NCBI GenBank assembly: GCA_036387575.1
Contig: DASVTM010000448.1
Coordinates: 1 to 36,209, forward strand
DNA length: 36,209 bases
Reading direction: 5' to 3'
Source: Brevundimonas sp.
Lineage (GTDB): Bacteria; Pseudomonadota; Alphaproteobacteria; Caulobacterales; Caulobacteraceae
Shown here: positions 1-9,017 of the stretch, piece after piece
Numbering within the stretch: position 1 is the stretch's first letter
Layout: each line of letters opens with the position of its first letter
Notes under the pieces: model-generated
Told to the model about the DNA's origin: nothing
Databases searched by the model: none
Seen by the model: only the letters and a program-made list of their open reading frames with translations
Program-made: the position numbers and the translations under genes

Positions 1-335
1 CGAACCGCGATTGCCAGCCAGATGTTGGGCACGAAGGCCAGGGCCAGGTAGCCGATCGCGTTCGCGGCCAGGGTGATCAGCAGGACGGGCTTGCGTCCGA
101 TCCGGTCCGACAGCCGGCCCCAGAACGGCTCGGCGAAGAACTGGCCCAGCGAATAGGCCGAGAACATCAGGGTGATCTGCCACGCCTCGGCCTTCAGGCT
201 CTGGGCGAAGAAGGGCAGCAGCGGCACCACCAGCCCGAACCCGACCAGATTGATGAACACCACCAGAAACAGCACCGCCAGCGCGGGTGTTTTGGGCTGG
301 GTGGCTAAGGTTGGATCAGGTCTGGCCATCGTCAT
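1..335 (-). CDS. MFS transporter, DHA1/TetA-like (N-terminal part; truncated at window edge)
   Basis: Manual translation from ATG 335 (or 329): MTMARPDPTL...LFLVVFINLVGFGLVVPLLPFFA...FWGRLSDRIGRKPVLL; contains MFS motif A (GRLSDRIGRK). Not in the ORF track because it runs off the edge. Confidence 0.85.
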   Translation of the reverse strand, partial: MTMARPDPTLATQPKTPALAVLFLVVFINLVGFGLVVPLLPFFAQSLKAEAWQITLMFSAYSLGQFFAEPFWGRLSDRIGRKPVLLITLAANAIGYLALAFVPNIWLAIAV

Positions 336-390
336 CGCTTAGCCGCGTCCACGCCGTTCGCCAATCGTACAGAGGTTTGTCGTCGAGAAC

Positions 391-2370
391 CTAGTGTGGC
401 GGGTTGTTCGTTTCGAGGAACCGGACGGTCTCGGTCAGCATCCGTATTCGGGTTTCGCCCCGCGATAGCCAGTGGTCCTCGCCGCTTAGTTCGATAAGCT
501 CGACCGGCTTTCCTGCACGACGCAGGGCTCCCGCCATCGACCGACTTTGGTCGATCGGAACCACGGTGTCGTCGCGGCCGTGGATCAGCAGTATGGGCGC
601 ATCAGCCTTGTCTGCCTGACGCGCCGGCGATCGGGCGTCCAGTGACCGGTCCCCGGGACCATCGCCGCCCATGAACCGGTTCCAGTATCGAACGGCCCCG
701 TTGTCACGTCTCTCGCCTCGGCTCGCCGCATAGTTGACCATGCCTCGCAGGTCGGAAACTCCCGCGACGGATACGGCACAACGATAGACTCCGTGATCCA
801 GGGTTGGTCCGGCGAGGGCTGCGTAGCCGCCGTAGCTTGCCCCGACGATGCAGACGCGCCCCGGATCCGCGACGCCCTGTTCGACGAGATGTCGGACACC
901 GTCAGACAGATCGGTCTGCATCTTGCGTCCCCACTCGCCGTAACCGGCTTCGAGAAAGTCCTCGCCGCGGCCCGTGGACCCGCGGAAATTCGCCTGAAGG
1001 ACGGCATACCCTCGCGAAGCGAGCGCCTGGGCCCACCAATCGAACTCGCGCACATCGCGCGACGCCGGTCCGCCGTGAGCGAGGACGATCAGAGGCAGGT
1101 TCTTGGCCTCCCGCCCGACCGGAACAGTGAGATAGCCGCGAATTTCCAACCCGTCGGCGGCTTTATAGGCAACCAGCGTGACCGGCGCCACCTGATCGGC
1201 GGGAACCGCCGAATAGGCTGCGCCAACCCTCAAAGTCGAGCTATCGGTCAGGTCGATGAGGTGGTAGGTGCCGGAATCGTTGGCGCCGTTCGTGAACACG
1301 ATCGCAGTCTTGAGGTCATTGCTCCAACTGACCAGCGACGGCGCGCCGTCGGGAAAGGTCTGCGCGACGCTGGCCCACAGGTTGCCTGCGTCCTCATCAG
1401 CAAACGAATAGCGCCGTCCTTCGTCGTCCAGCCGGGTGGCGCCCATCAGCCTGCGAGTCACGGGGTGGAACAGCAGATCCGTGGGATCGAACTCGAACCG
1501 GACCGCGCGCCAGGCTCCCGTCGCCAGATTGACGTCGTAGTAGTCGGCTTCTTCGCGATCGTTGCGCTTCAGATCCGGGCGATCGGCGGCGACGATGACG
1601 CTTTCACCCCTCATGCCCAGACCGATAATAGCAGGCGCATCCAGCGGCGCGGTGACCCGCCAGTTCTCTTGAAAATCGCTACCGTCACGCAGCAGCAGTT
1701 TCCAGATCTTCGTACGGTCGTCAAAGTCGCTGCGGGCAAGCGATCGTCCGTTCGGATCCAGCACATAGTCGTCGACATCCCGATCCATCGATTCGGCTTC
1801 GCGCATACGGCCGGTCTCGGCATCGATTCTATAGAGATTGATCTTCCCCGGCTCAGTGAACGAAAAAGCGCGCACCAGAACATCCGGCCGGGGGCCGGGC
1901 GGGGCGACATCGACGCCGCTCATCAACGCCGGGAAAAGTCCGGAATCGCCCCGGATCAAGCCGGTGACCCGCCTCCGTGCCGGATCGTAGACCTGGCCAA
2001 TGAAGAGTTCGCGGCGGATAATGCCCAACTCAGGCAGACTCTCCGTGCTCGACGTTGTGACGAGGACCCTGTCATTCGAGATCCATTGCAAGTCACGGAC
2101 CTTGGACGCCCCAACACCGACGCCACCCATCGAATGATTGGTCGCGAGGTCGACCAAGGCGAGGGCCCTGGTCTCGCCGATGACTGTGATAAGCGCCAGA
2201 CGTTGGCCCGACGGCGACAATTGAACGAGTTCCAGCGAGGGCAGGGCGCCGTAAGCGGCTAGCGGCGGTGGGTCACCGACGCCCGGCAATGGCTCGTGTG
2301 CGTGGGCCAGAGACCCGGCCACGCACACGAACAGCGCCAGAGCGGTCGCTGCAACATTCTGGAAATACAA
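391..2370 (-). CDS. S9 family prolyl oligopeptidase / dipeptidyl aminopeptidase-like secreted peptidase
   Basis: HGGP, GASYGG nucleophile motif, HGRDDTVV (Asp) and GEDH (His); N-terminal signal-peptide-like stretch ending AHA. Start uncertain: TTG 2370 chosen, ORF is open to 2436. Confidence 0.88.
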   Translation of the reverse strand: MYFQNVAATALALFVCVAGSLAHAHEPLPGVGDPPPLAAYGALPSLELVQLSPSGQRLALITVIGETRALALVDLATNHSMGGVGVGASKVRDLQWISNDRVLVTTSSTESLPELGIIRRELFIGQVYDPARRRVTGLIRGDSGLFPALMSGVDVAPPGPRPDVLVRAFSFTEPGKINLYRIDAETGRMREAESMDRDVDDYVLDPNGRSLARSDFDDRTKIWKLLLRDGSDFQENWRVTAPLDAPAIIGLGMRGESVIVAADRPDLKRNDREEADYYDVNLATGAWRAVRFEFDPTDLLFHPVTRRLMGATRLDDEGRRYSFADEDAGNLWASVAQTFPDGAPSLVSWSNDLKTAIVFTNGANDSGTYHLIDLTDSSTLRVGAAYSAVPADQVAPVTLVAYKAADGLEIRGYLTVPVGREAKNLPLIVLAHGGPASRDVREFDWWAQALASRGYAVLQANFRGSTGRGEDFLEAGYGEWGRKMQTDLSDGVRHLVEQGVADPGRVCIVGASYGGYAALAGPTLDHGVYRCAVSVAGVSDLRGMVNYAASRGERRDNGAVRYWNRFMGGDGPGDRSLDARSPARQADKADAPILLIHGRDDTVVPIDQSRSMAGALRRAGKPVELIELSGEDHWLSRGETRIRMLTETVRFLETNNPPH

Positions 2371-2503
2371 GATTGGCCCCCGCCGATCGCTAACCTGATC
2401 ACTCTCGACCCTGATCGCCGCAATCTCAAGTCGCAATCTTTATGTGGTTTCGTCTCGGGCGCGGAGTTCTGCCGTCTCCCAATCTTCGCCAACCCCAGAC
2501 AGC

Positions 2504-2532
2504 AAAAAGCCCCGGTCGATCTGACCGGGGCT
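2504..2532 (-). terminator. Rho-independent terminator of infC
   Basis: AGCCCCGGTC-5 nt loop-GACCGGGGCT stem followed by a T-run on the minus strand, just downstream of the infC stop. Confidence 0.8.
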
Positions 2533-2559
2533 GTCTGGTGTCGTTGATTGGCGAGCCGC

Positions 2560-3093
2560 CTACTTTGGCGCGAGGATCATGATCATCTGGCGGCCTTCCA
2601 TACGCGGTGCGTATTCGACCTTGGCTATCTCGTCGAAATCGGCCTGGACCTTGTTGAGCAGTTTCATGCCCAGTTCGGGGTGCGCCATTTCGCGACCACG
2701 GAAGCGCAGGGTCACCTTGACCTTGTCACCCTCGTCGAAGAAGCGGTGCATGGCCTTGGCCTTCACCTCATAGTCGTGGATGTCGATGTTGGGGCGGAGC
2801 TTGATCTCTTTCAGCTCGACGACCTTCTGGCGCTTGCGGGCCTCGGCCTTCTTCTTCTGCTCCTGGAAGCGGAATTTGCCGTAGTCGAGGATCTTGGCCA
2901 CCGGCGGTTCCGACGTGGACACGATCTGCACCAGGTCCATGCCCGCTTCTTCGGCGGCTTCCAGCGCGGCGGACGTCGGCATGACGCCCTGCTTCTCGCC
3001 GTTCTGATCGATGAGCAGAACGCGCGGCGCGCGGATATCGTGGTTCATGGGCGGCCCATCCTTGACGGGCGGCGTTTGCATCGGACGGCGAAT
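2560..3093 (-). CDS. infC: Translation initiation factor IF-3
   Basis: IF3 motifs ([51 protein letters not shown]). In-frame ATT at 3093, 4 codons above the ATG, preceded by an AAGGA SD-like sequence. Confidence 0.97.
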   Translation of the reverse strand: MRRPMQTPPVKDGPPMNHDIRAPRVLLIDQNGEKQGVMPTSAALEAAEEAGMDLVQIVSTSEPPVAKILDYGKFRFQEQKKKAEARKRQKVVELKEIKLRPNIDIHDYEVKAKAMHRFFDEGDKVKVTLRFRGREMAHPELGMKLLNKVQADFDEIAKVEYAPRMEGRQMIMILAPK

Positions 3094-3179
3094 GAGCGTC
3101 GTTTCCTTGTGTGAGCGAAGGGTCTTGTCGTTTTGCAGGGGTCAGCGCGCGGCTCGGCGCCGCGTTCCCCAAGAGGCGC

Positions 3180-3208
3180 TATATGCGCCCGAAAGCCCGT
3201 TTTATCAA
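3180..3208 (-). promoter_or_regulatory. Putative sigma70-type promoter of infC
   Basis: Minus strand (C)TTGATA-N17-CATATA, matching the alphaproteobacterial CTTGAC-N17-CTATAT consensus. Confidence 0.55.
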
Positions 3209-3219
3209 GGTTAGGCTGA

Positions 3220-4206
3220 TCAGGGCTTAACGCTGCCGTCGCCAGCCGAATTGGCCACGAAATCCGTGTGCAGCGCGACAACGGCGTCGAACACGTGATC
3301 GACCGTCAGGTCCTCGATCGGCGAGAACTCGCCGCGTGTCTCATTAGACGCAGCGATCCGGGTGCGAGGGCCCCACGGCCCGTAGAGCCACCACTCGGTC
3401 GGTCCGAACAGACCCAGCGTCGGACGTCCAAGCGCCGCCGAGACGTGCATCAAGCCGGAGTCATTGCCCACGAACAGGGTCGCCCGCTCGATTGCGGCCG
3501 CCGAGGCGAGGATGTCGCCCTTGCCGACGAAGTCGATGCCGCGTTCGCCTGCGGCCTCCAGCGCGGGTGTCGCGGGCGGACGGTCACCGGGGCCACCGAC
3601 GGCCATGAAACGCCAGCCCTCGAAACGTGGGTCGGCCTTGAGCTTTTCGACCAGCGCGCCCCAGCGATCGGCCGGCCAGCTCTTGCCCGGCTGATGCGCG
3701 ATTGGCGCCAGAGCAATGATGGGACCGGGGCCGGCGGCGCCCGCGAGTTGCGGATCGATAACGCCTGCGGCTTCGGATCGCGCCCGGTCGTCGAGGAAAA
3801 TCTCCGGGGCTAACGGCGTCTCCGATCCCATCAGCCGCGAGACCATCTCGACCTTGCGCAGGCCCGTCTCCCACGAGCGGTTGTAGATGACGCGCCGCTT
3901 GGCCGGGATCAGATAGCTGAGCGCCGAGCCGCGAATGTCGATGACCATGTCCCAGCGCGTCGTGGCGACCTGCTTCCACAGATCGATCCAGTGTCCGGCC
4001 AGCTTCTTTTTGTCGAGGACGATGGCCCGCTCGACGCCGGGGGCGGAACGGAAGAAGGGCGCAGGCGGCCGGCCACAGGCGACGGTGATCGCCGCGCCCG
4101 GTAGTTGACGTTCGATCTCGCGGATCACGCCCGACGAGATGACGCAGTCGCCGATGCGGTTGGAGCTGACGAACAGGACTTTCGGTACGGATGTGACGGG
4201 GGGCAC
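3220..4206 (-). CDS. Glycosyltransferase family 9 (LPS heptosyltransferase-like)
   Basis: N-terminal RIGD motif, KSWP, and FVGNDSGLMHVSAALGRPTLGLFGPT GT9 signature. Confidence 0.9.
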   Translation of the reverse strand: MPPVTSVPKVLFVSSNRIGDCVISSGVIREIERQLPGAAITVACGRPPAPFFRSAPGVERAIVLDKKKLAGHWIDLWKQVATTRWDMVIDIRGSALSYLIPAKRRVIYNRSWETGLRKVEMVSRLMGSETPLAPEIFLDDRARSEAAGVIDPQLAGAAGPGPIIALAPIAHQPGKSWPADRWGALVEKLKADPRFEGWRFMAVGGPGDRPPATPALEAAGERGIDFVGKGDILASAAAIERATLFVGNDSGLMHVSAALGRPTLGLFGPTEWWLYGPWGPRTRIAASNETRGEFSPIEDLTVDHVFDAVVALHTDFVANSAGDGSVKP

Positions 4207-4275
4207 GGATCAACCTTCGCTTCGTTCCTCGCCGTTCGCTATCAGGCGGAGACCGTTTGCGCGAGAGTAGGCCGC

Positions 4276-5049
4276 ATGACCCCCACCGACCAGCCTGAGA
4301 CCAACGACAACGACATCCAGCATCTGGCCCGCCCGGATGGAGAGAGGCTGGCCTACAAACAGGTCCCCGGCGAGGGGCCGACCATCGTCTGGATCGGCGG
4401 CTTCCGTTCCGACATGGAGGGAACGAAGGCGCTGGCGCTGGACGCCGCCGCCCGTGAACGTGGTTGGGCCTTCCTGCGCTACGATCATTTCGCCCACGGT
4501 CAGTCTTCCGGCGATTGGCGGCGGGCCACCATCGGGCGCTGGCGCGAGGACGCGGTCGCCGTGCTAGACAGCTTGAACGGCCCTGCCATTCTGGTTGGAT
4601 CGTCCATGGGCGGTTGGGTCGCCTTGCTGGCGGCTCTGGCCCGACCCGAGGCGGTTGCGGGGCTGGTGCTGATCAATCCGGCGCAGGATTTCACCGAGAC
4701 CCTGATGTGGCCGGGCCTCGCCGATCACGAGCGTCAGGCCATCCTGCGCGACGGCGAGACCGTGGTCGTCGAAGAAGGATTGGGTTCCTACGTCGTGACC
4801 CGCGCCATGTTCGAGGAGGCCAGGAACTGGCTTCTGCTCGGCGGCCCGATCCCGATTAAGGCCATGACCCACATCCTGCAGGGTCGCGCCGACGACACCG
4901 TGCCGTGGCGGTATTCGATCACACTGGTCGAGCAATTGACCGGCGGCGATGTCATGCTGGATCTGATCGAGGGCGGCGATCACCGCTTGTCGCAACCGGC
5001 TGACCTGACCCGGATGATCAACGCCATTGATGCCATGCGCAAAGCCTGA
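4276..5049 (+). CDS. Alpha/beta fold hydrolase
   Basis: GGFRSDMEGTKA, GSSMGG nucleophile elbow, QGRADDTVPW, GGDHRLS. ATG 4276 preferred over the ORF-track start at 4105. Confidence 0.88.
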   Translation: MTPTDQPETNDNDIQHLARPDGERLAYKQVPGEGPTIVWIGGFRSDMEGTKALALDAAARERGWAFLRYDHFAHGQSSGDWRRATIGRWREDAVAVLDSLNGPAILVGSSMGGWVALLAALARPEAVAGLVLINPAQDFTETLMWPGLADHERQAILRDGETVVVEEGLGSYVVTRAMFEEARNWLLLGGPIPIKAMTHILQGRADDTVPWRYSITLVEQLTGGDVMLDLIEGGDHRLSQPADLTRMINAIDAMRKA

Positions 5050-5074
5050 GCTTCTCACCGGATCTCAGGCGGGT

Positions 5075-5827
5075 ATGGTGACGCTCATGGACACTCTATC
5101 CGAGCGCTGGGCGAAGCTTGAACCGACCACCAACGTCGTGGGTCCGGATGACGATCTGAAGCGACCGGCGGTGCTGCTGTTCCATGGCTGCGGCGGCATG
5201 CGCCCGCATCTTCCGCTTTATGCAGCGGCGGCGAAGGCGGCGGGATGGCGAGCCTTCATCGTCGATTCATACGCCCCGCGCGGCTGGGGTCGGGTCTTCG
5301 CCCTCTCCATGGTCTGCACAGGCGCCATCCTGAGAGGAAACGAACGTGGCGGCGACGTGCTGGCGGCCATCGACGGCGTTTCGCGACGCTCGGACGTCGA
5401 TTCCGGCAAGATCGCCGTGGCTGGCTGGAGCCATGGCGGCTGGAGCATCATGGAAATGCTGGCGGCCCCGCGCACCCACAGCGGCGAACTGGGCATCGCC
5501 GATCCCTCCATCGTCTGCCTCTCGGGGCTGAAAGGCGCATGGATGGGCTATCCCTACGTCGGCTTCCTCGCGGTGGGACGTAACCGCCCCTGGAGGCATC
5601 ATCCAAAGACCGAGGTGATGATCGCCAAACACGACCACCTGACCACCGTGCGCAATGCCGAGCAGGTGTTCGAGGGCCATCGTGGTCGAGGCACGGTCAT
5701 CGAGACCTGGGTTGCCGACGGCACCCATTCGTTCGACGAACCCACTAGCGCTCCGCCGTCGCGACATGATCCGGCGCTGACCGAGGTCGCCGTGAAGCGA
5801 TTCGGCCAGTTCCTGATCGGGCTCTAG
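5075..5827 (+). CDS. Dienelactone hydrolase family protein
   Basis: LFHGCGG, GWSHGG and GTHSFD motifs; start at 5075 or 5087. Confidence 0.8.
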   Translation: MVTLMDTLSERWAKLEPTTNVVGPDDDLKRPAVLLFHGCGGMRPHLPLYAAAAKAAGWRAFIVDSYAPRGWGRVFALSMVCTGAILRGNERGGDVLAAIDGVSRRSDVDSGKIAVAGWSHGGWSIMEMLAAPRTHSGELGIADPSIVCLSGLKGAWMGYPYVGFLAVGRNRPWRHHPKTEVMIAKHDHLTTVRNAEQVFEGHRGRGTVIETWVADGTHSFDEPTSAPPSRHDPALTEVAVKRFGQFLIGL

Positions 5828-6288
5828 CCGATTGAGGCTTCGACTAGGATTTCGGCGCGGACCGAGTGGGCCATTTCGCAGTGCTCATGCGCGGAGTGAT
5901 GCAGGGCATCCAGTTCGCCCTGCGTCGGGGCCACGCCGAAGAAGGTCGTGACAGGCCGCAGGGTCACCTTGTCCATATAACGCCGACCCTTATCGTCACG
6001 CCCAAGGGTCCCGGAGGCCTCGTCGAGATAGCGGTCGACGACCAGTCCGTCGCCGGCGGCGAAGGCGAGGAACCATAGCATGTGGCAGCTCGACAGCGAG
6101 GCGACCATGGCCTCCTCGGGGTCCACAGCCGTCACGTCGGACATCGGAACCGGCACGCTCTCGGGCGCCGAAGATCCCTGCACCACCGCCCCGCCGTCGA
6201 AAGTCCAGACGTGGGCGCGAGAGTAGGCCTTGTCGATGAAGGCCTGACCGTCGCGCTTCCATTCGACGGTGGTGCGGTGCGCGCTCAT
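5824..6288 (-). CDS. OsmC/Ohr family protein
   Basis: DPEEAMVASLSSCHMLWFL and HHSAHEHC, carrying the two conserved Cys. Confidence 0.88.
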   Translation of the reverse strand: MSAHRTTVEWKRDGQAFIDKAYSRAHVWTFDGGAVVQGSSAPESVPVPMSDVTAVDPEEAMVASLSSCHMLWFLAFAAGDGLVVDRYLDEASGTLGRDDKGRRYMDKVTLRPVTTFFGVAPTQGELDALHHSAHEHCEMAHSVRAEILVEASIG

Positions 6289-6292
6289 GCTT

Positions 6293-7336
6293 CTAAGCCC
6301 GCCAGAAGCCGACGATCTTCTTGACCTCGTCGACGACCGGGTCGGCTATGGCGGCGGCGCGTTCGGCGCCGTCCTTGAGGACTCGGTCGATCTCGGCGGT
6401 GTCAGCCATCAGGCGGCGCATCTCGGCGGTGATCGGGGCCATGGCCTCGACGGCGAGGTCGGCGAGGCGCGGCTTGAAGGCGCCGAAGCCCTGACCGGCG
6501 AACTCGGCCGTGACGGCGTCCTTCGTCTGGTCGGACAGGGCTGCGTAGATGGCGATCAGGTTCTTGACCTCGGGCCGGTCGTCCAGAACGTCGCCGACCT
6601 CAGGCATGACGCCCATGTCCGTCTTGGATTTGCGGATCTTGCCGGCGATGGTATCGGCGTCATCGGTGAGGTTGATGCGCGACTGGTCCGACGGATCCGA
6701 TTTCGACATCTTCGCTGCACCGTCCCGCAGGGACATGACGCGGGGCGCCGGCCCCTGCGTCAGGGGTTCGGGCAGGGGAAAGAAGCCGGGCACGCCGAAG
6801 TCGTTGTTGAACTTCTGGGCGATGTCGCGGGTCAGTTCCAGATGCTGTTTCTGGTCCTCGCCGGTCGGCACCTCGGTCGCCTTGTAGAGCAGGATGTCAG
6901 CCGCCTGCAGCACCGGGTAGGTATAGAGGCCGACGCTCGACCGTTCCTTATGCTTGCCCGACTTCTCCTTGAACTGGGTCATCCGGTCGAGCCAGCCGAG
7001 CCGGGCGACGCAGTTGAAGATCCACGCCAGTTCGGCATGCGCACGGACCGCCGATTGCGGGAAGATCACCGACTTCGCCGGGTCGAGACCCGAGGCCAGA
7101 TAGGCGGCGGCGATCTCGCGCGTCTGGGCGGTCAGCAGAGCCGGATCCTGCCAGACGGTGATGGCGTGCAGGTCGGCCACGAACAGGAAGCAGGGCGCGC
7201 CCCCATCCTGCAACTCGGTGAAGCGTTTGAGGGCTCCGAGATAGTTGCCCAAATGCAGGGCGCCCGAGGCCTGGATGCCGGAAAGCACCCGGCGCGGGCC
7301 GGTGTAGGCGGGGAGGGTCGGCGTAGCATCGGACAT
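6293..7336 (-). CDS. trpS: Tryptophan--tRNA ligase
   Basis: [14 protein letters not shown] (HIGH motif), [27 protein letters not shown]. Confidence 0.98.
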   Translation of the reverse strand: MSDATPTLPAYTGPRRVLSGIQASGALHLGNYLGALKRFTELQDGGAPCFLFVADLHAITVWQDPALLTAQTREIAAAYLASGLDPAKSVIFPQSAVRAHAELAWIFNCVARLGWLDRMTQFKEKSGKHKERSSVGLYTYPVLQAADILLYKATEVPTGEDQKQHLELTRDIAQKFNNDFGVPGFFPLPEPLTQGPAPRVMSLRDGAAKMSKSDPSDQSRINLTDDADTIAGKIRKSKTDMGVMPEVGDVLDDRPEVKNLIAIYAALSDQTKDAVTAEFAGQGFGAFKPRLADLAVEAMAPITAEMRRLMADTAEIDRVLKDGAERAAAIADPVVDEVKKIVGFWRA

Positions 7337-7375
7337 CAGCGGCAGATGCCCCAGCCACGCTGCGAGAGCAAGTTC

Positions 7376-8974
7376 CTACTCCAGCCCGCCACCCGATGCC
7401 GCGGCGCCCGGTTCGCGGCGCAAGACGGCCTTGAGTTCGGACGGTGTGACCGCGCCGAACAGGAACAGGCAGAAGCAATAGATGACCGCGCCGACGCCGC
7501 AGACCACGATGACGGCGATCTCCTTGGCGAGGAACAGCTTGCTGAGCTCGGGATAGAAGATGCCTGCCGCCAGCAGCAGCGCCGCCATCACTCCGCTGGC
7601 CGCCAGCACCCGCATGATGCGCGAGACGAAGTTGGCTGACGGCCTCCACGTGTTTTCTCGTATGAGGGTTCCGATGAGCAGGGCGACGTTGATCCAGGCC
7701 GAGGTGCTGGTGGCGATGGCCAGACCCAGCACGCCGTCGATGCCGATGTGCGAGAACCAGTAGAACAGGCTCGCGCCCAGCACGACGGTCACCAGCACCG
7801 AGGCCACGGCGAAGATCATCGGGCGACGCGTGTCCTCCCGAGCGAAGAACGGCGGCGTCAGGACCTTGGCGAGGACGAAGGCGGGCACGCCCCAGGCGAA
7901 CTGGCGCAAAACGTCGGCGGTGCGCGCGGCGTCCAGCGAGGTGAAGGCGCCGCGAGTGACGGTGGCGTCGATGATGAAGAAGGGGATGACGAACAGGGCC
8001 ACGGCGGCGGGCAGGGTGAAGGCCATCGACAGCGTCAGGCCGTCGTCCAGTGTCCGGCGTCCGCCCTCGTGATCGCCCGAGACGAAAGCCTTGGTCAGCC
8101 GGGGCACGAGGGCGAGACCGATGGCGACACCGACGAGGCCTAGCGGCAGTTGATACAGGCGGTCGGCATTATAGAGTACCGAACGCGCGCCCGGATTGGA
8201 CCCGGTCAGGAACTGGCTGACGACGGAGTTGATCTGCAGGGCGCCGCCGGCGAGCACGCCGGGAATGGCGAGGGCGAGCGTCTTCTTCACCCCGGCGGTA
8301 AGGCGCGGCCATGACAGCTTCAGCATGACGCCGAGACGACGTACGCCCCACCACAACAGGCCCGCCTGAAGCACACCCGAGATCGTGACGGCGATGCTGA
8401 CGGCATCGAGGATGTGCGGCTGGCTGATCGTCATGAACTCGGGCGCCAGCAGCGGGACGAGAGTGCAAAGGTTCAGGAAGACCGGGACGCCCGCCGACAG
8501 GGCGAACCTGCCGCTGGTGTTCAGCACGCCCGACAGCAGGGACGCGATGGTCATGCAGGCGAGGTAGGGCATCGTCAGCTGGGCTGCGGTGACGGCGGCG
8601 AACATCACGCCTGAATCGTTGCGATAGGCGGACAACAGCACCGGCATGATCCACGGCATGGCCAGTTGCAGGACGATGCAGAAACCCGCGACCACGGCGA
8701 ACATGAAGCTCAGGGCCTCGGACGCGGTGACGGCTGCGGCTTCCTCGCCGTCTCGGGCGCGGACGCCGCCGTAGATCGGCACGAACGCTTGGGCGAAGGC
8801 GCCCTCGGCGAACAGGCGGCGGAACATGTTCGGCAGCATGAGCGCGGTGGTGAAGGCGTCCATCATCGGCCCCTGGCCGAACCGCGCCGACAGCAGCAGG
8901 TCGCGCCCGAAACCCAGAAGGCGGCTGCCCAGCGTCAGGCCGGACTGAACGATCGTATTGCGAGCCAGGCTCAT
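7376..8974 (-). CDS. murJ: Lipid II flippase MurJ (MviN)
   Basis: SRLLGFGRD, PNMFRRLFAEGAFAQAFVP, ADRLYQLPLG; many TM segments. Start at ATG 8974 (MSLARNT). Confidence 0.96.
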   Translation of the reverse strand: MSLARNTIVQSGLTLGSRLLGFGRDLLLSARFGQGPMMDAFTTALMLPNMFRRLFAEGAFAQAFVPIYGGVRARDGEEAAAVTASEALSFMFAVVAGFCIVLQLAMPWIMPVLLSAYRNDSGVMFAAVTAAQLTMPYLACMTIASLLSGVLNTSGRFALSAGVPVFLNLCTLVPLLAPEFMTISQPHILDAVSIAVTISGVLQAGLLWWGVRRLGVMLKLSWPRLTAGVKKTLALAIPGVLAGGALQINSVVSQFLTGSNPGARSVLYNADRLYQLPLGLVGVAIGLALVPRLTKAFVSGDHEGGRRTLDDGLTLSMAFTLPAAVALFVIPFFIIDATVTRGAFTSLDAARTADVLRQFAWGVPAFVLAKVLTPPFFAREDTRRPMIFAVASVLVTVVLGASLFYWFSHIGIDGVLGLAIATSTSAWINVALLIGTLIRENTWRPSANFVSRIMRVLAASGVMAALLLAAGIFYPELSKLFLAKEIAVIVVCGVGAVIYCFCLFLFGAVTPSELKAVLRREPGAAASGGGLE

Positions 8975-9017
8975 GCAGGGAGGTCCGGGCCGCTGGAACC
9001 TGCGGCGAAATGTGCGC

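Noticed and set aside
2356-2373. ILYFQN resembling a TEV protease site
   Set aside because: Coincidental partial match; no tag or vector context.
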